Positions 19,485 through 29,748 of a stretch of 64,000 bases of DNA are shown here, one piece after another. Each line of letters starts with the position of its first letter. Positions within the stretch are counted from its first letter, which is position 1. Origin of the DNA: Anaerolineae bacterium (GTDB taxonomy: Bacteria; Chloroflexota; Anaerolineae; Aggregatilineales; UBA3940); assembly GCA_050288085.1 (NCBI GenBank), contig JBNKDD010000002.1, positions 1,603-65,602 on the forward strand, written 5' to 3'. The notes under the pieces are model-generated. The model saw only the letters and a program-made list of their open reading frames with translations, was not told the origin of the DNA and did not search any database. Made by a program: the position numbers and the translations under genes.

Positions 19485-19940
19485 TTGATTGAAGAACTTA
19501 AACAACGGGTTGCCGAGCAATTGTTAGAAGACAGCAGCCTGACCGGCGATCTTGACGACGCCGAGGGCCGTCGTTTACTCGAATGGGGCCTGCCCATCAC
19601 AAAACAGTTAGCCGAGCAAACCGCCGGTATGACGTTGGAAGAAGCAATAGCATACCTGGAGCTTGCGTTGAAAAACCTGCGTCGTGTAATACGCCGAATT
19701 AACAAATTGATTGGTTCTTTAGCGTCCTCAACGCAAGATGAACTGGTATCACTGCTGGAAAAGATTTTCGAAGCAGCGGGAGAAGTTCCTGTCCTGGAAT
19801 TTACGCCGCCTACTGCGCTAGAATCAGAAGCAGCAAATTTACAGGGTCTCACGCCAGGTGAAGCCCTGTCCAAACTGATCGGCTACTTTACCCCGGAGGA
19901 GACACGTTATGGCCCGCAAGAAGAGTACAAAGAAGAGTAG
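19485..19940 (+). CDS. Hypothetical helical protein
   Basis: TTG start after GGAAGG; acidic helical composition; overlaps the PLD gene start. Confidence 0.7.
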   Translation: MIEELKQRVAEQLLEDSSLTGDLDDAEGRRLLEWGLPITKQLAEQTAGMTLEEAIAYLELALKNLRRVIRRINKLIGSLASSTQDELVSLLEKIFEAAGEVPVLEFTPPTALESEAANLQGLTPGEALSKLIGYFTPEETRYGPQEEYKEE

Positions 19941-21111
19941 TTCATCCTCATCGATCACCCTAGGTGGTCTGGTGGTTGTGATCGCCCTGGTGATCGTGGT
20001 GGGGGTGTTATATGGCCCGGAGCAGGCTTTGAATACGCTGGGAGGCATTCTCGGTATAGATCTCGGCGGATCGGAATCTGCCCCCGCTGCCGAATCATTT
20101 GGAGCAGAAGCCGTCGAATCAACCGGTGGCAGCGGCGATTTTTATACCGTCTATTTCACCAATCCGGTCATTCCCTTTGATGATGTGACCACCGGTGGGA
20201 CGGAAGAACACCTGATCGAACTGATCAACTCGGCCCAGAGCAGCATCGACGCCGCGATGTTTGAGTTTAATCTGCAAAATGTGGCCGACGCCTTGATCGC
20301 CGCCCATAATCGAGGGGTAGCCGTTCGTATTGTCTATGATGACGAGCACACCGAAGAAGACCCGCAAATGGAAGAATTAATCGACGCGGGCATCCCTGCT
20401 ACACCTGATGAACGCAGCGCCTTTATGCATAATAAGTTCTACGTGTTCGACCGGCAAACCGTGTGGACAGGGTCGATGAACATCACAGAGAATGGGGTGT
20501 ATCGCAATAACAACAACGTGATCGTTATCCGATCCACCAAACTGGCAGAGAATTACACGGTTGAATTTGAAGAAATGTTCAACGGTGAGTTTGGGCCAAC
20601 TTCCCCATCGAATACCCCCAACCCGGTCTTTACATTGGATGGCGTGCAGATTGAAAACTACTTTGCCTCTGAGGACGATGTTATATCGGCTCTGATCAAT
20701 AACGTCTCACAGGCACAGAGCTCAATCCACTTTATGGCCTTTTCGTTTACCGAAGACAATCTGGGGCAGGCAATGCGTGAACGAGCCGAACAGGGTGTCG
20801 AGGTAGCCGGTATTTTTGAACAGCGTGGAGCGGCTACCGAATACTCCGAATGCGGAGCGATGTTAAACATGGGGTTGGATGTGCGGCTGGATGGAAATCC
20901 GCGCACTTTCCACCACAAGGTGATTATCATTGACAGTTCAACGGTTGTCATTGGATCATTCAACTTCAGTGACAATGCAACCGAATCCAACGATGAGAAC
21001 GTGGTTATCGTCCATGATCCGGGTGTGGCGGGCCTATATGAACAAGAATTTGCCGCCCGGATGGCCGATGCTCAACTTACCCAGGCAGGTGTGTGCGAGG
21101 CAGCAGATTAG
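19909..21111 (+). CDS. Membrane-anchored phospholipase D-like protein with two HKD motifs
   Basis: Basic N-terminus and TM helix; MHNKFYVFD..GSMN and FHHKVIIID..GSFN. Confidence 0.9.
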   Translation: MARKKSTKKSSSSSSITLGGLVVVIALVIVVGVLYGPEQALNTLGGILGIDLGGSESAPAAESFGAEAVESTGGSGDFYTVYFTNPVIPFDDVTTGGTEEHLIELINSAQSSIDAAMFEFNLQNVADALIAAHNRGVAVRIVYDDEHTEEDPQMEELIDAGIPATPDERSAFMHNKFYVFDRQTVWTGSMNITENGVYRNNNNVIVIRSTKLAENYTVEFEEMFNGEFGPTSPSNTPNPVFTLDGVQIENYFASEDDVISALINNVSQAQSSIHFMAFSFTEDNLGQAMRERAEQGVEVAGIFEQRGAATEYSECGAMLNMGLDVRLDGNPRTFHHKVIIIDSSTVVIGSFNFSDNATESNDENVVIVHDPGVAGLYEQEFAARMADAQLTQAGVCEAAD

Positions 21112-21149
21112 TGCTGCCTGCCAATCTACGATCAACGGAATAGTTATCA

Positions 21150-21178
21150 ACTTGGGCGCACATGAGGTGCGCCCAAGT
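21150..21178. repeat. REP-like palindrome / terminator after the PLD gene
   Basis: ACTTGGGCGCAC-ATGAG-GTGCGCCCAAGT, perfect 12-bp stem. Confidence 0.65.
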
Positions 21179-21293
21179 GTAAATCGTTGCAATCTGTTAA
21201 AATAGAGAAAGCTGCCTGGCTGACAGAAAGTTCCCTGCCCTAGTATTCATTTTATTCGGACTTACTCTGTCGAGTAGGATGTAGAAGAAAACA

Positions 21294-22808
21294 ATGACGA
21301 ATATTGACGGAGCAAACCAAAATCTCCTTGATGAGTTAGGGAGGCTTCGTGACCAGATAACCACATTGAGGGACAGTGAAGAGGGCTTCCGTAATCTAGC
21401 TGAGTCCTCACCTGAGATGATCGCCATCCACCAGGATGGGATCTTGCTTTATATCAATGCAAGGGGGATAAAACTATTAGGGGCCAACAATGCTGAACAG
21501 CTCACTGATAAATCGATATCTCTCTTTCGCTCCCCCGAATATCGTGACGGAAGTACACGCTATCAGCGAGATATCGATTCCGAGCATCCTGTGTTTGTCA
21601 GCGAAGAAGAACTTATTCGTCTAGATGGACAGACCATTGCCGTTGAGATCACCGAGACGCCCATTCAATTCTTCGGGATGACTGCAACCCAGATGATTGT
21701 TCGAGATGTAACCGGGCGAAAACGGGTTGAAGAGGCTTTGCGCCAGAGCGAAGAGCAGTTCCGTTCCTTCATCAGTTCGATGAGCGATCTGATCTTCATG
21801 CTTGATCCTGAACAGTGTTTTACCGGCGTGTTCGGTGTATGGTTAGAAAATTTCGACTTTATGCCGCACACATTTTTAGGACGGACGGCACGCGCCGTAT
21901 TGGGAGAAGAAGCCGCCCGTGTCCACGAGGAAGCCAATGCAAAGGCCCTCGCGGGGGAAAACGTTGTGTACGAGTGGACCTTCTCGACGCCACACCGGGG
22001 ACAGGTTTATCTACAAACGGCTGTATCACCCCTCCGAGATAATAAAGGCAGCATTACGGGCATTGCAGGGGTAGGGCGCGATATTACCGAGCTTAAACGC
22101 GTTGAGGCCGAGCGTGAGAAGTTGATCGCCGAGATGGACGCTTTCGCTCATACGGTTGCGCACGACCTCAAACACCCCTTGAACTTAATTGTCGGATATG
22201 CCAGTCTGCTGGAATCCGATTATGAGACCGTACCGCCGGAGCAAATGCAAGAACTGCTGCAAGGTATTGTCCAGACCGGCCTGAAGATGGGTAACATCAT
22301 TGAGGAACTGCTGCTGCTGGCCGGGGTACGGAAACAAGAAATCCAGATGCGGCCCCTTGCCATGGATATTATTGTAAAGGAAACGATCCGGCGGCTGCAA
22401 TACCTGATCGAAGAGGAACACGCACAGATTAATTTGCCGGATGAATGGCCGGTAGCAATAGGCTATGGTCCCTGGGTAGAAGAAGTGTGGTTTAACTATA
22501 TCAGCAATGCGATCAAATATGGTGGAAGGCCCCCGGTTATCACGCTCGATGCGGCGCCCCAACGCGATGGAACTATCCGCTTCTGGGTGCAGGATAACGG
22601 TAACGGCCTGACCCCGGATGAGCAGGCTCAGGTGTTTGTCCCCTTTGTAAAACTCACCCAAATCCGTGCCGAGGGGCACGGTCTGGGTTTATCCATCGTA
22701 CAACGCATAGTTCTCCGGCTGGGTGGCAAGGTACATGTCGAAAGCATGGTTGGCAAGGGAAGCCGATTTTACTTTAGCCTACCCAGTCCTACTAATGTAA
22801 CTCAGTAA
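21294..22808 (+). CDS. Cytoplasmic PAS-PAS sensor histidine kinase
   Basis: Two PAS/PAC units ending RDVT and RDIT, H-box AHDLKHPL, NAIKY, DNGNG, GHGLGLSIV; no TM. Confidence 0.92.
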   Translation: MTNIDGANQNLLDELGRLRDQITTLRDSEEGFRNLAESSPEMIAIHQDGILLYINARGIKLLGANNAEQLTDKSISLFRSPEYRDGSTRYQRDIDSEHPVFVSEEELIRLDGQTIAVEITETPIQFFGMTATQMIVRDVTGRKRVEEALRQSEEQFRSFISSMSDLIFMLDPEQCFTGVFGVWLENFDFMPHTFLGRTARAVLGEEAARVHEEANAKALAGENVVYEWTFSTPHRGQVYLQTAVSPLRDNKGSITGIAGVGRDITELKRVEAEREKLIAEMDAFAHTVAHDLKHPLNLIVGYASLLESDYETVPPEQMQELLQGIVQTGLKMGNIIEELLLLAGVRKQEIQMRPLAMDIIVKETIRRLQYLIEEEHAQINLPDEWPVAIGYGPWVEEVWFNYISNAIKYGGRPPVITLDAAPQRDGTIRFWVQDNGNGLTPDEQAQVFVPFVKLTQIRAEGHGLGLSIVQRIVLRLGGKVHVESMVGKGSRFYFSLPSPTNVTQ

Positions 22809-22854
22809 TAATCGTTTGTTTTGACTGCTCAGGTTTTATGAGGAGAATGTAAGG

Positions 22855-25530
22855 ATGCAGTTTGTAGAAGCGCCTAATAATTTTTATCTCGGTGCACGTG
22901 TGGACCCGGAATCAGACCAGGTTCTAGAGGATGAGGTCATTTACTATGACTCACGGGATCTGATGACCCATGGCGTTATTCTCGGCATGACCGGCAGTGG
23001 CAAGACAGGATTGGGCATTACGATCCTGGAGGAAGCGGTAATCGACAACATCCCATTGTTGATCATCGATCCAAAGGGAGACATCACCAATATGCTGCTA
23101 GCCTTCCCCGATCTTGAGCCATCGCGGTTCCAGCCCTGGGTTAATCCCGACGATGCTGTTCGTGCAGATGCAACCGTTGAGGAGCATGCACGGGTGACAG
23201 CGGAGCGCTGGAAAGAAGGCCTCGAAAAATGGGGCATTACCAATGATCGCATCCAGGATTATCGGCGTGCATCGCGGTTTAGTATTTACACACCCGGATC
23301 AGAGGCAGGGCTTCCGATCAGCATTTTGCACTCATTCGCTGCCCCTGCCGGGGGCTGGACGGGGAATGAGGAAATCCTCCGCGAGCGGATTTCAGGCACA
23401 GTAACAGCTATGCTGGCCCTGATCGGGATGAATGCCAATCCGGTCGAGGACCGTGAGCATATCCTGATCTCAAATATCTTTGAATACAACTGGCGACACA
23501 ATACCGACCTCTCGTTGGAGCAGTTGATCGTCCAGGTGCAGCGCCCGCCGTTTGGTAAGCTGGGGGTGCTCGACGTGGAGACGGTCTTCCCGGAGAAGGA
23601 TCGCTTCAAACTAGCCCAGCAGTTAAACAACATTATTGCTGCACCGAACTTCCAGAGCTGGCTCCAGGGTGAACCCATCGACATTCCCTCGCTGCTCTAT
23701 ACCCCGGAGGGATACCCCCGGACTTCGATCTTTTATATCGCGCATCTTAATGAGGCAGAACGCCAGTTTATCATCACCCTGCTGCTTGAGAATCTGCTGG
23801 CCTGGATGCGGACACTTTCCGGCTCGACCAGTCTGCGAGCGCTGATCTACATCGACGAAGTGTTCGGCATGATGCCACCATACCCACGTAACCCGGTCAC
23901 CAAAGACCCGATCATGCGGCTGCTCAAACAAGCTCGTGCCTTTGGGGTTGGGGCATTGCTCTCCACACAAAATCCGAAAGACATTGACTACAAGGGTCTG
24001 TCCAACATCGGCACCTGGTTTATCGGGAAATTACAAACGGAGAATGATAAGGAGCGGGTGCTTGAAGGGCTGGACAGCGCCCGTGACGCCTCTTCTGTAC
24101 TCGATCTCAAGACAGTTGATAAGCTAATTGGTAGATTGGGGTCTCGACAGTTTATCTATCACAATGTGCATGAGACGGAAACACCCAAGCTGATGACCAC
24201 CCGGTGGGCAATGTCTTATCTAAGCGGCCCGCTCACCCGTGACCAGATCAGCCTTTTGATGGCAAATCAGCGCCAGATATTAAGCCAGCAGCAAGCAGCA
24301 CAACCACAGCAGTTGGCCCATCACTACGCACCAGTGGCCGGTGTTAGCGTCGGTGCGCCGATTTCACAGGCCCAACCACAAAGTCCATCATTAGGGCAAA
24401 GCAGCACTCCACTGCCACCGACTTATTCTGACACCAGTGGACAGAAGCCGATCAGCCCCAAGAGGGAAGAAAAAGAAGATGTACCAGCGGGCTTTTCTGC
24501 CATTCCCCCGGCACTGCCATCGTCGATCTACCAGTACTATCTCCCAACTGAATATTCGGTTGAGCAGTCGATCCGTAACTGGGAAAGCTGGTGGCAGCAG
24601 CCCGCCATCAATGTCGAAACGCGCCGCCGTCTGCTCTATCGTCCAGCACTGCTGGCGCAGACTACTATTCGAGTCTCCCATAATCCGACCAATTCAATAG
24701 AGATGCTGACTTATGCGTTTGTCGTTCCGACCTTACCCCGTACACCGTTCATTGCCTGGGAAGATTATCTATCTGATCCTTTTGACCCTCACTCACTTGA
24801 TCCGGACCCCTTCGCGGACGCCTTCTATGCGGAAATTCCCAGCACGTTGAGTTCGGGAACGGGCTTCAAGCAGCTCCAGACTAACCTGACCGATTGGTTG
24901 TATCAAAATGTGGCGTTGAGCGTTTACTATAATCCGGTGCTCAAGATGTACAGTGGGTTGGGTGAAAGCAAGCGCGATTTTTACGCCCGGCTGCAAGCAG
25001 TTGCCCGGCAGCAGCGTGACGAGGAAATCGACAAGATCGCGGAACGCTACGACAAGAAGCTGGTTGCGTTAGAAGATCGTGCCCGGCAAAAGGCGATCCG
25101 GTTGGACGCCGAACGCGAGGAACTTACCGCCCGCCAGCGGGAGGAAATGATCTCTGCCGGTGAGTCGTTGATGCAAATGTTCAAGGGGCGGGGCACCTAC
25201 CATGCCCTATCGCGTGCCACGCGGCTGCGTCGCTACACCAGCCAATCGCAGGATCAAATGGGGCTGAAGGAGCAGGATTACCAGACCATCATCAACCAGA
25301 TGGATCAGACCTCATATGAGATGGAGCAAACACTTCAGGCCGTGCAGGAGAAATGGGCGGAGGCCGTTCAGAAGATCGAAGAAGTGACGGTCACCCCCTA
25401 TAAGAAGGACATCCACATGATGCTGTTCGGAATTGGGTGGGTGCCTTACTGGGACTCGGTGATCAACGGTGCCCAGACGATCTTGCCTGCATCATCATCT
25501 GGATTGACACAGGCTCAAACTCAACTGTAA
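22855..25530 (+). CDS. HerA/FtsK-like (DUF87-type) ATPase with C-terminal coiled coil
   Basis: Walker A GMTGSGKT, IIDPKGD, Walker B IYIDE, RAFGVG..STQNP; Q/P-rich linker then coiled coil. Confidence 0.85.
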   Translation: MQFVEAPNNFYLGARVDPESDQVLEDEVIYYDSRDLMTHGVILGMTGSGKTGLGITILEEAVIDNIPLLIIDPKGDITNMLLAFPDLEPSRFQPWVNPDDAVRADATVEEHARVTAERWKEGLEKWGITNDRIQDYRRASRFSIYTPGSEAGLPISILHSFAAPAGGWTGNEEILRERISGTVTAMLALIGMNANPVEDREHILISNIFEYNWRHNTDLSLEQLIVQVQRPPFGKLGVLDVETVFPEKDRFKLAQQLNNIIAAPNFQSWLQGEPIDIPSLLYTPEGYPRTSIFYIAHLNEAERQFIITLLLENLLAWMRTLSGSTSLRALIYIDEVFGMMPPYPRNPVTKDPIMRLLKQARAFGVGALLSTQNPKDIDYKGLSNIGTWFIGKLQTENDKERVLEGLDSARDASSVLDLKTVDKLIGRLGSRQFIYHNVHETETPKLMTTRWAMSYLSGPLTRDQISLLMANQRQILSQQQAAQPQQLAHHYAPVAGVSVGAPISQAQPQSPSLGQSSTPLPPTYSDTSGQKPISPKREEKEDVPAGFSAIPPALPSSIYQYYLPTEYSVEQSIRNWESWWQQPAINVETRRRLLYRPALLAQTTIRVSHNPTNSIEMLTYAFVVPTLPRTPFIAWEDYLSDPFDPHSLDPDPFADAFYAEIPSTLSSGTGFKQLQTNLTDWLYQNVALSVYYNPVLKMYSGLGESKRDFYARLQAVARQQRDEEIDKIAERYDKKLVALEDRARQKAIRLDAEREELTARQREEMISAGESLMQMFKGRGTYHALSRATRLRRYTSQSQDQMGLKEQDYQTIINQMDQTSYEMEQTLQAVQEKWAEAVQKIEEVTVTPYKKDIHMMLFGIGWVPYWDSVINGAQTILPASSSGLTQAQTQL

Positions 25531-25573
25531 GGGATAACTAATGAGCGGTCAGAACAGGCCGCTCATTGTTTTC

Positions 25574-25602
25574 TTGACAGCATCCAATCAGGGTGGCATA
25601 AT
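25574..25602 (+). promoter_or_regulatory. Sigma-70 promoter of the pheST leader
   Basis: TTGACA (25574-79), 17 nt, CATAAT (25597-602), with TG extension. Confidence 0.7.
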
Positions 25603-25627
25603 TTCGCCCGATTGAGCATATTGACAA

Positions 25628-25938
25628 CAGGCTGTGATGAAGAAGAATCTGTGAAGCATGGAATCACCAGGGAAATCAGGTCATAGACTGGAAGCCTGAT
25701 TTGATGACCTATCACAGATGTTCGCTTCGGAGCCGGTGGGCCAACGATCTTCAAGAAGATTCAGTAGCCTATTCCGGATCGCCCGCCGTTATCCGGGCAG
25801 CTAATCGCATTGATGGGAAAATAAGCTCCTGCCAATGCCGTTGGTGGAACGAGGAGGCTGGTCATCAGATCGGCAAACAGGGTGGTACCGCGTGAGTATA
25901 TAAGCTCTCGTCCCTGAACAGGGATGAGGGCTATTTTG
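25628..25938 (+). ncRNA. T-box riboswitch (Phe specifier) upstream of pheST
   Basis: Stem I with GA motif and AG box, specifier TTC at 25721-23, AGTA and CCGTTA boxes, T-box AAACAGGGTGGTACCGCG at 25875-92, terminator GCTCTCGTCCCTG..CAGGGATGAGGGC-TATTTT. Confidence 0.92.
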
Positions 25939-25960
25939 ATCTTGTTGTGAAGGAGACGTT

Positions 25961-26986
25961 ATGCTAGAACGGCTGCAAGAACTTGAAGAGAAAACCTTAG
26001 CACAGCTTGAGACTATCCAGGATATGGAGGCGCTCAAGCAGCTCCACAATGCTGCTATTGGTAAGAAGGGTGAAGTTACCCAGATTCTACGCTCGGTTGG
26101 GCAGTTACCCCCCGAAGAACGGCGGGATGTTGGCCGCCGGGCCAATGAGGTCAAACAAGCATTAGAAGCTGCATTTGAGCAGCGGGAAGAACTGGTTCGC
26201 ACTCATGAGTTGGCTCAAAGCCTTGAAGAGGGCGCTGTCGACGTGACGCTGCCGGGCCGACAGGAACCTATCGGCAGGCTGCATCCAACCACCCAGAGCT
26301 TACGCCAGATCTATGATATCTGGGCGGATATGGGCTTCCAGGTTTACCGCAGCTACGATGTTGAGGACGACGACACCAACTTCACCCAGCTTAACATTCC
26401 ACCGCATCACCCGGCCCGCGATATGTGGGACACCTTCTATACAACCGATGAGGGTGTGCTGCTGCGGACACATACTTCCCCCGGCCAGATTCGGGCAATG
26501 CGCGACTTTGCCCCTGAGCCGATCCGGGTGATTTTGCCGGGTATGTGCTATCGCTACGAGCAGATCAGCGCCCGGAGTGAGATACAGTTCAACCAGGTTG
26601 AAGGGCTAGCGGTAGGTCACAACATCCGCATGACCGATCTAAAAGGGACGCTGGCGGCTTTTGCACGGCGCTTCTTTGGTGCGAACCGGGCGGTGCGCTT
26701 CCGCTGCTCTCACTTCCCCTTTACCGAGCCCAGCATGGAAGTGGATGTCGAGTGCATCCTGTGCGATGGTAAGGGCTGCAATGTATGTAAATACACCGGC
26801 TGGCTGGAGATTTGCGGCTGTGGGATGGTTCACCCGGTGGTGTTGAAAAATGGCGGCTACGATCCGAGGGTTTACTCCGGGTTCGCGTTCGGCATGGGGC
26901 CGGAACGCAGCACCATGCTCAAGCACGGAATCGAAGATATCCGGTACTTCTGGGGGAATGATCAACGTTTCTTGAGCCAGTTCTAG
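25961..26986 (+). CDS. pheS: Phenylalanine--tRNA ligase alpha subunit
   Basis: HPARDMWDTFY, LRTHTSPGQ, FPFTEPS, CILC..GCNVCK, GFAFGMGPER. Confidence 0.97.
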   Translation: MLERLQELEEKTLAQLETIQDMEALKQLHNAAIGKKGEVTQILRSVGQLPPEERRDVGRRANEVKQALEAAFEQREELVRTHELAQSLEEGAVDVTLPGRQEPIGRLHPTTQSLRQIYDIWADMGFQVYRSYDVEDDDTNFTQLNIPPHHPARDMWDTFYTTDEGVLLRTHTSPGQIRAMRDFAPEPIRVILPGMCYRYEQISARSEIQFNQVEGLAVGHNIRMTDLKGTLAAFARRFFGANRAVRFRCSHFPFTEPSMEVDVECILCDGKGCNVCKYTGWLEICGCGMVHPVVLKNGGYDPRVYSGFAFGMGPERSTMLKHGIEDIRYFWGNDQRFLSQF

Positions 26987-27015
26987 ATTGCGATTTCATA
27001 TCAGGGACCTCCATC

Positions 27016-27042
27016 GTAGGGCGAGATATATCTCGCCCCTAC
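27016..27042. repeat. GTAG-type REP-like palindrome between pheS and pheT
   Basis: GTAGGGCGAGATATATCTCGCCCCTAC. Confidence 0.7.
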
Positions 27043-27087
27043 AGACAACGAGGCACCTATAACACAACGAGGAAGAAGAGAATCACC

Positions 27088-29694
27088 ATGCAAGTACCGT
27101 TATCATGGTTAAAAGAATATGTAGATATCACTATCCCGGTTGAAGAGCTGGCGGCGCGGCTCACGTTAGCCGGGTTGGAAGTCGGAAACATTGAATACAT
27201 CGGCATCCCGGCAGGGCAAGTGGAAGACGTGCAGTTGGCCGTACCCATCTCAACCGATCACCTGGTCTGGGATCGGGACAAGATCGTGATCGGCCACATC
27301 CTTGAAGTAAAGAGCCACCCGGATGCCGATAAGCTGGTTCTGGCAATGGTCGATCACGGCACGGGCGAAGTAGAAACGGTCGTGACCGGCGCTCCGAATC
27401 TGTATTCTTACAAAGACCAGGGGCCGCTTGATAAGCCGTTGGTATCGCCTTATGCTCGTGAAGGAGCCGAGGTGATCGACGGACACAAGGAAGACGGCTC
27501 ACGGATGATCATCAAGCCGCGTAAGCTGCGCGGGATCGATAACCGGAGTATGGTCTGCTCGGAGAAAGAACTTGGTATCTCCGACGAGCATGAGGGGATC
27601 ATGCTGCTGGCAAGTGATGCCGCCCCCGGTACGCCGGTACAGGATGTACTGGGTGATGTGATCCTCCACCTTGACTTAACACCAAACCTGGCCCGCTGCT
27701 TCTCGATTCTGGGGGTAGCGCGCGAGGTTGCCGCATTGACCGGGCAGCAGGTCAAATACCCCTCAACCGAAGTGGAAGCTACCGGCCCGTCAATTGAAGG
27801 ACAGGTGGCTATTGAGATTCGTGAGCCGGAATTGAATCCCCGTTTCACCGCCGCACTGATCAAGGGGATCACCATCAAACCCTCACCGGAATGGATGCAG
27901 CGGCGGCTCAAAGCGGCGGGGATGCGCCCGATCAGCAATATCGTAGATGTCACCAACTACGTCATGCTGGAAACCGGTCAGCCGCTCCACGCCTTCGACT
28001 ATGACATCCTGGTCGAACGGGCGGGAGGCACACCGACCGTTATCACCCGGCTGCCGGAAGAAGGCGAGCGGCTGACCACCCTGGACGGTGTTGATCATGC
28101 CCTGGATGAGTTTACGATCCTGGTGGCCGACACTGCCGGGGGATTGAGCATCGGCGGTGTCATGGGTGGCCTGGAATCGGAAATCCATGACGGGTCAGTT
28201 AATGTGCTGCTTGAGGCGGCAAACTGGAATTTTATCAACATCCGGCAAACACTCAGTGCCCAACGCGAAAGAGGGCAGGAAATGAGCTCTGAAGCTGGGG
28301 CACGCTTCAGCCGGGGTGTGCATCCAGCAGTATCGGAATTCGGATTGCTGCGGGCCATTGAACTGATGCGACAACTTGCCGGCGGGGAGATCGCCGAGGG
28401 GATCATTGACGAGTATCCGCTCCCGGCCCCGGTCATGATAGTTGATCTGTACATGAGCGAGGTTGAGCGTATCCTGGGAATTGCTCTCGACCAGAACGAA
28501 GTGAAGGCGATCCTTGAAAGCCTGGAATTCACGGTTGAGGTTAAAGACCAGGGAATTCTCAAGGTGACGGCACCTGATCACCGGATGGATATTGGCTACC
28601 TGAACGATCCGGCCCATAAAGATATTCAGGATATGATAGGTCAGGCAGACTTAATCGAAGAGATTGCACGCATCTATGGCTATGACCGGATTCCCAACAC
28701 CATTATGCCCGATGAGCTTCCTCCGCAGCGCAACAACGATTCGCTGATACAGGAGGAACGTGTGCGGGATATCCTGGTCAACTGCGGGTTACAGGAAATC
28801 GTCACCTACCGGCTGACCACGCCAGAGAGTGAGGCCCGTTTAACTCCCGCTGGTTCAGCTTCAAGCTGGCCGGGTGAGGGTTATGTCACCCTCGCTAACC
28901 CGATCAGCCAGGATAAGACCGTCATGCGGCATACGATCCTATCCGGGGCATTGGATATCCTCGCGGCTAATGCTCGCTGGCAGAGTCGCCAGGCCATCTT
29001 TGAGATCGGCAAGGTTTATCTACCGGTTGAGGGACAGAAATTGCCGGAAGAAGTCAGCCGAGTGTGTATCGCAATGACAGGTGAACGCCGCACCCACAAC
29101 TGGCAGGACGGCACACAATTCGATCCGGAGCTGATGGATTTCTTCGATCTGAAGGGCCTGGTCGAGATGCTGGTCAAGGCGCTGCACCTGGAAGGGGTAA
29201 GCTATAAAGCATCAGAGCACAGCAGCTTTTTCCCTGGCCGGACAGCCAACCTGATGATAAAGGGTGTCGAAGCCGGTACACTGGGTGAACTACACCCGCT
29301 GGTCGCACAGACTTACGAACTGCCAGAGCAGCCGATCCTGGTAGCAGAGATTGATCTGGGAGTGCTGCTGGATGGGATTTATGGTATGCACGAGGTACGG
29401 GGAATATCCGCTTACCCGGCGATCTACCAGGATATCGCGGTAGTGGTTGATGATAGTATCCCCGCCGCCGAGGTCGAAGCGGTGATTCGGGAAGCGGGCG
29501 GTTATCTACTGCGGGATGTTCGGCTGTTCGACGTGTATCACGGTGAACAGATCGGACAAGGCAAGAAGAGCCTGGCCTATGCGCTGACCTTCCAATCGGA
29601 TGATAAAAGCCTGCGCGATAAGGACGCTGCTAAAACTCAAGACCGGATTGTAAAGACTCTCAAGAACAACCTTGATGCGACGCTGAGATCATAG
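27088..29694 (+). CDS. pheT: Phenylalanine--tRNA ligase beta subunit
   Basis: MQVPLSWLKEYV, HPDADKL, VDVTNYVMLETGQPLHAFD, DLIEEIARIYGYD, C-terminal FDX-ACB LFDVYHG..KKSLAY. Confidence 0.97.
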   Translation: MQVPLSWLKEYVDITIPVEELAARLTLAGLEVGNIEYIGIPAGQVEDVQLAVPISTDHLVWDRDKIVIGHILEVKSHPDADKLVLAMVDHGTGEVETVVTGAPNLYSYKDQGPLDKPLVSPYAREGAEVIDGHKEDGSRMIIKPRKLRGIDNRSMVCSEKELGISDEHEGIMLLASDAAPGTPVQDVLGDVILHLDLTPNLARCFSILGVAREVAALTGQQVKYPSTEVEATGPSIEGQVAIEIREPELNPRFTAALIKGITIKPSPEWMQRRLKAAGMRPISNIVDVTNYVMLETGQPLHAFDYDILVERAGGTPTVITRLPEEGERLTTLDGVDHALDEFTILVADTAGGLSIGGVMGGLESEIHDGSVNVLLEAANWNFINIRQTLSAQRERGQEMSSEAGARFSRGVHPAVSEFGLLRAIELMRQLAGGEIAEGIIDEYPLPAPVMIVDLYMSEVERILGIALDQNEVKAILESLEFTVEVKDQGILKVTAPDHRMDIGYLNDPAHKDIQDMIGQADLIEEIARIYGYDRIPNTIMPDELPPQRNNDSLIQEERVRDILVNCGLQEIVTYRLTTPESEARLTPAGSASSWPGEGYVTLANPISQDKTVMRHTILSGALDILAANARWQSRQAIFEIGKVYLPVEGQKLPEEVSRVCIAMTGERRTHNWQDGTQFDPELMDFFDLKGLVEMLVKALHLEGVSYKASEHSSFFPGRTANLMIKGVEAGTLGELHPLVAQTYELPEQPILVAEIDLGVLLDGIYGMHEVRGISAYPAIYQDIAVVVDDSIPAAEVEAVIREAGGYLLRDVRLFDVYHGEQIGQGKKSLAYALTFQSDDKSLRDKDAAKTQDRIVKTLKNNLDATLRS

Positions 29695-29710
29695 TCAAGT
29701 CTAAACTACT

Positions 29711-29744
29711 AAATGGACGCAAGCGGATTGGCTTGCGTCCATTT
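29711..29744. terminator. Bidirectional hairpin terminator between convergent pheT and transglutaminase gene
   Basis: AAATGGACGCAAGC-GGATTG-GCTTGCGTCCATTT, perfect 14-bp stem. Confidence 0.78.
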
Positions 29745-29748
29745 CTTG

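Noticed and set aside
25563-26202. Small ORFs in the pheS leader
   Set aside because: Explained by the T-box RNA and the antisense of pheS.
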